Source: Candidatus Aminicenantes bacterium (lineage in GTDB: Archaea > Nanobdellota > Nanobdellia > Woesearchaeales > JAFCCF01). Taken from it: 64,000 bases of DNA. This document shows, piece by piece, positions 60,001-64,000 of the stretch. The notes under the pieces were generated by a model. The model was not told the DNA's origin and made no database searches. It worked only from the letters and a program-made list of their open reading frames with translations. How positions within the stretch are numbered: the stretch's first letter is position 1; the number at the start of each line of letters is the position of its first letter. The DNA lies in assembly GCA_017610325.1 (NCBI GenBank), contig JAFCCF010000001.1, positions 12,950 to 76,949 of the forward strand, in the 5' to 3' direction. The position numbers and the translations under genes are program-made.

Positions 60001-61543
60001 TGAATCAAGCACATTCAAGGTTGACCCAACAGACACTGACTATTGCCCATACCAACCGCCAACTAACTGCTCAGACCACTGTGATGACAACCTCAAGAAC
60101 TGCGGCGAGACTAGCAAGGACTGCGGCGGCACATGCGTGTCAGAAGGAAAGAAGTGCCCAAATACAAAATCCTGTGTAATTGATTCAGACTGTGAGTCAG
60201 GTTACTGCAACCCAACAACCAAGAAGTGCGAGACCTCGCTGTGCGAGAACGAAGAATTGGATATAACCAACCTTGAGACTGATGAGGACTGCGGCGGCAG
60301 CAATTGTCCTGCTTGCGGTATTGGCGAGAACTGTAAGGTAGATAATGATTGTGAGGGAAACAATTACTGTGATAGCAATACAAAAAAATGTGTAAGTCCG
60401 TCTTGTAGTGATAATAAGATGAACATACATGATGGGCAAGCAGAGACAGATCGTGATTGCGGCGGTCCATGCGTACTAATTGGCAAGCTATGTGCAAACG
60501 GTCTTGGCTGTGCAGATGACACTGATTGCGAATCAGGATTCTGCGTGCCAATAACTAACTTATGCGCGCAGCCAACGTGCACCGACGGTTATAAGAACCA
60601 GGATGAGACCGGCCCAGATTGCGGCGGTAGCTGCGTTGCAGAAGGCAAGAAATGCCTAGATGGCGAACAATGCACATCAAAAGAAGATTGTATCAGCGAT
60701 TACTGCGGTTCAGGTTACTGCAGGGCAGAACCTGGCCAGGATTCAGACGGAGATGGAATGCCTGATGAATGGGAAGACAAATACCAGCTTGATAAAAATG
60801 ATCCAACTGATGCAACCTGGGACAATGATGGGGATGGTCTGACAAACCTTGAAGAATACAGAAAGCAGACAAATCCACTTGATCAGGACACAGATGGTGA
60901 TAATTATAATGATGGTGATGAAATTACCAACAGAACAGATCCAACTGACCCTAATTCATACCCAAAAAAATCAAACCTATTCAGAACAATTCTGCTTATT
61001 ATTATATTCTTGATACTGCTCGGAGCTGCAGGTTACCTTGGATATATTGAACTAAGAAAGATGGGGGGGATTGGCAAGAAGAAAATGCCACCACCAAGAG
61101 GATCACCACAGCAGAGGACACTCAACCTGATGAAAGGTACGATGCCAGGTGTACCAACACAACCACGGCAACCAAGACCAATGCAGCCAAAAACACCAGC
61201 GCCCCTTATGCCGTTCCAGATTCAAGCAAGAAAGCAAAAAGCCACCATTGTAAAGAAAAAAGACAGGAGAAAACTGTTTGATTCATTTTCTGGAGCAGAA
61301 CCAATAAAACCAGTTGTTAAGGAGATACCTAAACCAACTGAAGAACCTAAGAAAGAAGGGGTTGGGTGGATTACACTCAAGGCTAAAAAACCGTCAAAGA
61401 AGCTGTCAAGGAAGCCTATAGAAGGGGATGTCTTTGCAAGACTAAAAAAGATAGCAGAAGAAGGTAAAACCCCCAAAACTGGCAGAAAAAAGGATGTTTT
61501 TAAGGAATTGAGCAAACAAAAGCCAAAAAAGAAAAAGAGGTAG
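50990..61543 (+). CDS. giant (about 3518 aa) membrane-anchored surface adhesin-like protein
   Basis: The ORF tool starts at TTG 50978; ATG 50990 gives MRKSSGFTYFAIISLVFIIFNSYPILA|DGE, a Sec signal peptide. Downstream are a Cys-rich module, an S/T linker (51322-51480) and a very long beta-rich region with many NxS/T sequons. Four about 55-aa 8-Cys repeats lie at 60090-60735, and Asp-rich DxDxDG Ca-binding-like repeats at 60737-60960. A C-terminal TM helix is at 60978-61050, followed by a basic/Pro-rich cytoplasmic tail. Confidence 0.8.
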   Translation: MRKSSGFTYFAIISLVFIIFNSYPILADGECCANPLATDIWCVPGTSGAPVTQVLCCSDALFSSFWDTSQQYASVPDSENNCISNFYDAGPSPDCTTTSNAWVNTMCFQGSTTSTTTTTLATSSTSSTTTTLGSTTSSTISSTTTISITSTSSTSTSSTTTTLWLYEVCDNGIDDDGNGRIDCADGYCLATNAVCTPGISGSKCSWTTNSGSTYRCCAFSSDCDNDNYDETCGECPCIVLAEAPSSLAVAHQSGWNFRLTWLVSCTAGVTFDVYRCEGIGCNPILKRNSAPVTNMYFTDTIQKANTGYCYEVRANYGGIQVRSNIVCQTSGDRICLDNPQGGEFCETAVTPTKRTRCDSSNRKIEVEDCLVDYGYDYRCYGPYGQGRETKCVQYSGCWRCNYLLEFFGNPSYSMVSYLDGIELKQTLCKDYEFCYYDSTPTIANEYIDCSVVTAGNGCYEYNSRQACEQSNLQDSPFNNRCLQRNCTWNWISQELGTGVCIEQDVNLQKCELCTPDFVAGDASPNKVFNLCDVATCKLYGECYPKDIDKDGTLKNYNALGLTQNEECISKSRVSCEDFGQQECIATPSDGQSGSQAVAVDAAYQDPNDRTTRISGTHQLKRTSYDYFEFGVCAYRGNRCFKDADNTTTSDPNPLDMTPPMTIIDNGLVLGTLQLAVQVVDEKPAGTVCSPASNCTGPLALYTCIVNSTPTQDNCYPTDSVTIDSNGIGIIDNYIGYGNGTYKIFYYAEDNANNLEEIKYINVTIDRDPPSIDLDYFVLRSNSAPFNDSNVTMFITTDQIAVCNDRFYTSPSSYRSRLNSSNGAFFEVNYTSLFDGYYNYFISCIDGFGNNRTLDTYIRVNADDRINTTYPNGTIDTTSPTLIISTNSQATECVYKLADQDWSDAIQFDVGTESSSRTYWNYSKQLTGLADGRYTYDVRCTINLQPSYDQISFVVDTASPTTLAIDGLGLPYDFIEPKSSHRVYLRCNDQPAGGFGCMNTYYCKGSFQCTPDTIYTTGPIEIIGEPFFCFFSEENSRTHLGQTMGGKNESVVCRTLITDNMDPHLFVDILAELALNEYFLTNQNPLTVTGTIIDYTYDMWDSDATWISSLSNNEYVEDNYVFTDYNLSANFTFTGESVEFWFAHVNSSKYYYIYIDSSDDFPNKQNIYLYKKGQTAPVVPGQENINVLENKEIILNITIKLGNFEVILNGEALPGGAITFAFGDASYGAGKIGAKAHASSTIDFEDLVILESDMASNNEIRLVVNGETLTTGVLESNLRNFQQFSLDSNLIGDYSNCKQCSRLQLTAIDRAGNDYVKYYHVYLDQNGPFFDNTSIKMYDFEGSEAQNVEYGENTTLKIRVYDTDNYKATVNVTNVTLEFNNHNYTLVNISEQLHDTYWESMVVTDDLGVGSYILTFYARDALNNINSTIISRTLNITDTRAPSFDVVIYNDSARTNQVGVVTMGAYYAKMNSSEPSLIRHFNLTPLGFTAENIFVNCDNRGQYATSWQCSFSIDNVNFLDKNERLLNFKFLATDNHGINQTQIQPGYIILNTTGPQPPIFDPNINHGSSPNTYANTYPDYLTSYSDESTDVFYTNKSKLFITGASAQSNHVILSTQVAENQPNDVIYTQQTVTKLADTANLNSAGFGVSVANVGATEIKFEGIDLTSDLISTAGSYLMFTNHDRKTYEHYKEYYAVTNSMYDGYLTTIYLASPLEGAVSKDELINVYDKQRSRDTFALYSAELTDGVNKLFAKGVNQLGNKGRESVIHNIFFDDESPDDVFSIPYRNWTIGDYYTNITFEVRDRNPSSGIRLIDTNIALRYTNTTGTYTLYTNTIPYLLDATYANGTSKDGNYNYSLLVFDTGEFISTSYYPLPDGKYDVTIFLRDRAHNYLAGQWQFWIKLGVPDMPNISLADNAAFTAIDNPNDMNAVDDRFFINQTTGYGVLIEYPVTETNIDIIYINMSPHDAKITCSKATNTRFECSFDNALVANKDYEIMYTSQRVLSNGSNGPKVNRTFYITTDNISPQVTAMQFFDVSRVNNTNFELNITGLNEMYDVLVKVYLGNITLDEIITSDSLIQFNNLNIPDLADMGYNLKAILIDQAGNSFPKSGILTIDNTAPGVSVTSVAPVTKGIMNTGLTSWITGDDNVSIKGVYADASIDYICYFNPHFALFSCSRNVNTATIHQGNNTYQLYARVFGQENGSDVYNNITITAVDRAGNSRSRSINLTADRSPPIVNLTAPRVGITSILTPTIVVSTDEVSNCNLSYNTISNAAMTGAPNNTHVYTVTTSLATNQNNTFRVECRDQLGNIGEETYYIYADTITPIINGVTVTPGFLNHSSTSFSMYVVYSQVVEPYLTVNLNELSICRYGTSNIYNTMQKFPGYNESQYSIQHNSLSIRNMLVENQTTYLYVACEDRGGNVANVYRVGIKLDPDAPIMPFNPQPTGFVTTNEPNVSVNTYRLARWCGITSINGGAPINISLEWKGQDTTTGIQTYARILQGLQEGQTYTIEISCAASPRGSVTFSFTIDTEGPATIIEVQSSSYKPNIYVMFNEGVTIKSAILTGPSGTVTVQGQQHTTSNYTYVPIQNLTNTTYTFSVVATDSRGNSKETTKLFTLPIDYLNITLIKPIDGWINETTFEVVIETDRRAMCRYDRNYRNYTGMNKDFTTSNRITHKIDDFNYSETNKLIFVTCRDLYGAATPVPKLIEFMYDPVAPVITTSVSPRTVAEYLVLNGSSQLFTKLTIDSDKPAFCRYSRTSDVYELMEHQTKNKSRHHEVYITGLVDGMSYNYNVRCISLANVVSNYEVVSFDVDITQPVQIISVTPASGSYLGSGSGVKLNVSTNKHADCRVNSSSNGLSYISSLSLNKVNHWFNLPTLTREGEFDFNIWCMDINRDTVSAVVRLIFDKTAPSDPEIEYVYACTDNEIKARVKSEDNLTGIVGYNYSLVDDTNGSDLIEHKYESGDDDEIIRIRYDDYGRLELNTSHYYVLSVWAKNGAGLYSREVESSTFKVDPTDTDYCPYQPPTNCSDHCDDNLKNCGETSKDCGGTCVSEGKKCPNTKSCVIDSDCESGYCNPTTKKCETSLCENEELDITNLETDEDCGGSNCPACGIGENCKVDNDCEGNNYCDSNTKKCVSPSCSDNKMNIHDGQAETDRDCGGPCVLIGKLCANGLGCADDTDCESGFCVPITNLCAQPTCTDGYKNQDETGPDCGGSCVAEGKKCLDGEQCTSKEDCISDYCGSGYCRAEPGQDSDGDGMPDEWEDKYQLDKNDPTDATWDNDGDGLTNLEEYRKQTNPLDQDTDGDNYNDGDEITNRTDPTDPNSYPKKSNLFRTILLIIIFLILLGAAGYLGYIELRKMGGIGKKKMPPPRGSPQQRTLNLMKGTMPGVPTQPRQPRPMQPKTPAPLMPFQIQARKQKATIVKKKDRRKLFDSFSGAEPIKPVVKEIPKPTEEPKKEGVGWITLKAKKPSKKLSRKPIEGDVFARLKKIAEEGKTPKTGRKKDVFKELSKQKPKKKKR

Positions 61544-61556
61544 GCTTCGTTCTAAA

Positions 61557-62042
61557 ATGAAAAAGGGGCAGGTAACTGGGCAGGTTTTCATCTACATCAT
61601 TTCAGCAGTTATTATTGGATTTGTGCTTTTGTTTGGAATCCAGGCAGTGCTTAAGATACTGAAGACTGGCTGTGATGTTGAGATGATAGAATTTAAGCAG
61701 GGGCTTGAGGATAGGTTTAAGAAAGGCATGCAGCATGGTGTTGTTAATGACAGGCCAATTAGCGTACCTTCATGCTCTAATTTTGCAGAGGTTTGTTTTG
61801 TTCAGCTTGACAAAGAAGCCCCACCCTCCTTGTATTCTTCAAGGCCGCTTATATATAACAGCTGGGAGGATAAGGTTGAGGCGAATGTCTTCTTTATTGC
61901 TGATGGTCCTGAATTATTTATGTATGTTAAAGGTTTAGAAGTAAAGAACCCATTCTGGTTATGTGAACCTGTGGTCAGCGGAAGGATAAGCACGCTGCGC
62001 TTCATTGGTCAGGGAGATGGCATACTAGTAGACCAAATCTGA
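61557..62042 (+). CDS. pilin-like protein with class III signal peptide
   Basis: 161 aa. MKKGQVTGQVFIYIISAVIIGFVLLFGI: KKGQ followed by a hydrophobic helix. Confidence 0.55.
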   Translation: MKKGQVTGQVFIYIISAVIIGFVLLFGIQAVLKILKTGCDVEMIEFKQGLEDRFKKGMQHGVVNDRPISVPSCSNFAEVCFVQLDKEAPPSLYSSRPLIYNSWEDKVEANVFFIADGPELFMYVKGLEVKNPFWLCEPVVSGRISTLRFIGQGDGILVDQI

Positions 62043-62046
62043 GAAA

Positions 62047-63138
62047 ATGCTTAAAAAAAGGGGTGCGATTGAGATACAGTTTAATTGGATTTTTGTTCTT
62101 ATAATCGGAGCCCTGATTCTTGGATTCTTTGGCAAGATAGTATATAACCAGATACAGCTTTCAAAGGAGGAAACAGATATAGCAATCCAGACAAAGCTAA
62201 AAACCATAATCAAGAATGCCAAGGAAAGTACTGGTTCGGTCTTCGAGGTTAACCTAAAGAGGACAGAGATAAGGTATAATGATTGCACAGAGGGCCTGGA
62301 AACAGGAGGTACCCTTACTCCAATCAAGATAACCACAGCATTTGCTCCGAATCTTGTCAAAAGCGCGACAGGTAAGGTATATTTCTGGGCAGTTGACTGG
62401 AACATGCCATATCGTGTTGAAAATTTCATATTTATCACATCCCCTGATATAAAATATGTGGTTGTCAACACCAGCGAAGATACAGAAAAGTATGCGCTCG
62501 AGATATACAATGGAACACAGGTGATAAGCCTCCCTGACAGGTTCAACAAGCTCTTCATGGATTTTGATGAAGCAAAAAACCTGCAACCAAACAATTACTA
62601 CAAGACCCGCTTTATCTTCTTTGATGTTTTGGATTTCCATGCTTTTAACCCGCAGAACAGCTTTTTCCTGGATGATGCCATTGATGTATCTGCTGTGCTG
62701 ATAAATCCAACCTCAGGTAACCTGGACGGTTATGGTGATGTGGAATATCGCGTGAAAAAAACAACATCATCCACTCTAGAGTATGTTGGCGACTCAAAGT
62801 ATCTTGCAAGGGCATCTATGTTTGGTGCTATAATCTCTGAGAATATCAGCCATTATGATTGTGTGATGGAAGAGGCAATAGAGCGCCTTAACTTAGTAAG
62901 CTTGGTTTACAAGAAGCGCACAGAAAATTTACAAACCCAGCTTCCAGTTGGTGGTGACTGTACTGATTATGGTATATACCCACTTGCAGCCGGCCATCTT
63001 CAGAATATCATTGATATGTCAACCATTTTTAAAACAGACAATTTTGTCAGCATCTACACAGATGCATTTTCAGACGCAGGAAGCGTGAAAACACTTAATC
63101 ATCTCGCAATCATGAAGAGCTGTCCTTTGGTGTATTAA
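62047..63138 (+). CDS. pilin-like / pilus-associated protein with class III signal peptide
   Basis: 363 aa. MLKKRGAIEIQFNWIFVLIIGALILGFFG: a KRGA cleavage-like motif with Glu at +3 and a hydrophobic helix. Confidence 0.55.
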   Translation: MLKKRGAIEIQFNWIFVLIIGALILGFFGKIVYNQIQLSKEETDIAIQTKLKTIIKNAKESTGSVFEVNLKRTEIRYNDCTEGLETGGTLTPIKITTAFAPNLVKSATGKVYFWAVDWNMPYRVENFIFITSPDIKYVVVNTSEDTEKYALEIYNGTQVISLPDRFNKLFMDFDEAKNLQPNNYYKTRFIFFDVLDFHAFNPQNSFFLDDAIDVSAVLINPTSGNLDGYGDVEYRVKKTTSSTLEYVGDSKYLARASMFGAIISENISHYDCVMEEAIERLNLVSLVYKKRTENLQTQLPVGGDCTDYGIYPLAAGHLQNIIDMSTIFKTDNFVSIYTDAFSDAGSVKTLNHLAIMKSCPLVY

Positions 63139-63162
63139 CACAACAAAATTCCTGGCGGAATT

Positions 63163-63666
63163 TTGAGTGCTCAAAAACAGAAGGTTTTTGACATGCGCAA
63201 GTCACAGATAAAAATGGGAGAGACAATCGCGGTCTTGATAGTCTTCTTCATACTTCTGCTTGTGGGCATGGTATTCTATGCAAAGTTTAAAGGAGATAGC
63301 ATAGAAAGGAAAAGGGAAGAGATGGATATCATGAACACTATTGAGATTGCAATCAAGGCATCGCGGCTGCCAGAACTGCAGTGCACAACAGCAGGCATAG
63401 AATGCGGCAACACAATTGACCTGCTGAAGCTCCAGGCCCTTGAGGAGATAATAAAATATGACCTTATTGGAAACCCATACTATGACATGTTCTATGCAAG
63501 CGAGATTGTTATTGAGCAGGTTTATCCAACAACAAACAGCTGGATACTCTATAACTTTTCAGGCGGCAAGACATCTGTGCAGCCAGTTTATGTCCCAGTT
63601 ACAATACATGATGTTATTACAGATGAATATAGCTTTGGATTCATAAGAGTTGGTGTTTATGTCTAA
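63163..63666 (+). CDS. pilin-like protein (class III signal-like N-terminus); start possibly Met at 63193
   Basis: 167 aa. ...MRKSQIKMGETIAVLIVFFILLLVGMVF, a basic motif followed by a hydrophobic helix. Confidence 0.45.
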   Translation: MSAQKQKVFDMRKSQIKMGETIAVLIVFFILLLVGMVFYAKFKGDSIERKREEMDIMNTIEIAIKASRLPELQCTTAGIECGNTIDLLKLQALEEIIKYDLIGNPYYDMFYASEIVIEQVYPTTNSWILYNFSGGKTSVQPVYVPVTIHDVITDEYSFGFIRVGVYV

Positions 63667-64000
63667 AAAGAGCCAGATGGAAATATTAGGATTGGCGGTA
63701 GTGATAGTGCTTATTTTGCTAGGTTTTCTGCTATATCTTAGATTTGGAATGAATGGCAATAATGCTGACTTTGAGGAGTTTGCTGACCCAAAAATGGCAG
63801 CATCAACACTCAATGCAATGCTCAAGACAACTGTTTCCTGCGATTCAAAAAAATATTCAATCACCGAATTGCTGCAGGATTGCTATAACTGGAAGATGGT
63901 TTATTGCGGAGGGCAGGATTCATGCACATTTGCCGAAAACAGCCTGGGAATCATGCTCGATACTTCGCTCAAGCAATGGGGTAAGGGTTACTGGTTCCTT
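63663..64000 (+). CDS. pilin-like protein, 3'-truncated by window end
   Basis: MSKKSQMEILGLAVVIVLILLGFLLYL... then a Cys-containing ectodomain. Open to the end of the window. Overlaps the previous gene by 4 nt. Confidence 0.45.

Noticed and set aside
1-64000. CRISPR array search
   Set aside because: No series of regularly spaced 24-40-nt direct repeats was seen anywhere. The only cas-like gene is the solo Cas4-like nuclease.

Overview
This is an archaeal chromosomal segment with low GC and tightly packed, often overlapping genes. TFE, a histone, Hjc, PolD, Orc1/Cdc6, PAN, EndA, FEN1 and the Rpp30 RNase P subunit all support an archaeal origin. Giant Cys-rich surface proteins and pilin-like genes suggest a small-genome, possibly DPANN-like lineage; that is an inference.

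The window divides into three parts:
- 1-23 kb: core information-processing genes. These are aIF2-beta; a minus-strand orc1/cdc6 - polD DP1 - polD DP2 operon beside an AT-rich intergenic region carrying an ORB-like element (candidate oriC); an eIF2B-family protein, TFE, Hjc, histone, RNase Z, tRNA-splicing endonuclease, FEN1, GDPD and Trm5; then PAN, three peptidases, TyrRS and a tRNA-Pro(CGG).
- 23-44 kb: an accessory-looking island. It holds a solo Cas4-like nuclease, an ArsR-iscS-iscU operon fused to a B12-binding radical SAM gene, and three more B12-binding radical SAM paralogues. It also holds two radical SAM/SPASM-like enzymes, an HPr-kinase-like P-loop protein, a PqqD-like (RRE) protein, an NTP_transf_5-like nucleotidyltransferase and an S24/S26-type peptidase. 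I read these as a RiPP-like or peptide/glycan tailoring system of unknown product. Interleaved with them are a Wzx-like flippase, a GT-C (PMT/ArnT-like) and a GT2 glycosyltransferase, a TtuA/Ncs6 tRNA thiolase and Rpp30.
- 44-64 kb: a cell-surface locus. It contains a 1172-aa and a 993-aa Cys-rich secreted protein (the second with a class III/prepilin-like signal peptide). A tiny RHH gene overlaps the start of a 3518-aa (ATG start; 3521 aa from the ORF-tool TTG) membrane-anchored adhesin that is very rich in N-glycosylation sequons. Four small pilin-like genes with class III signal peptides follow.

I found no CRISPR array, integrase or rRNA.
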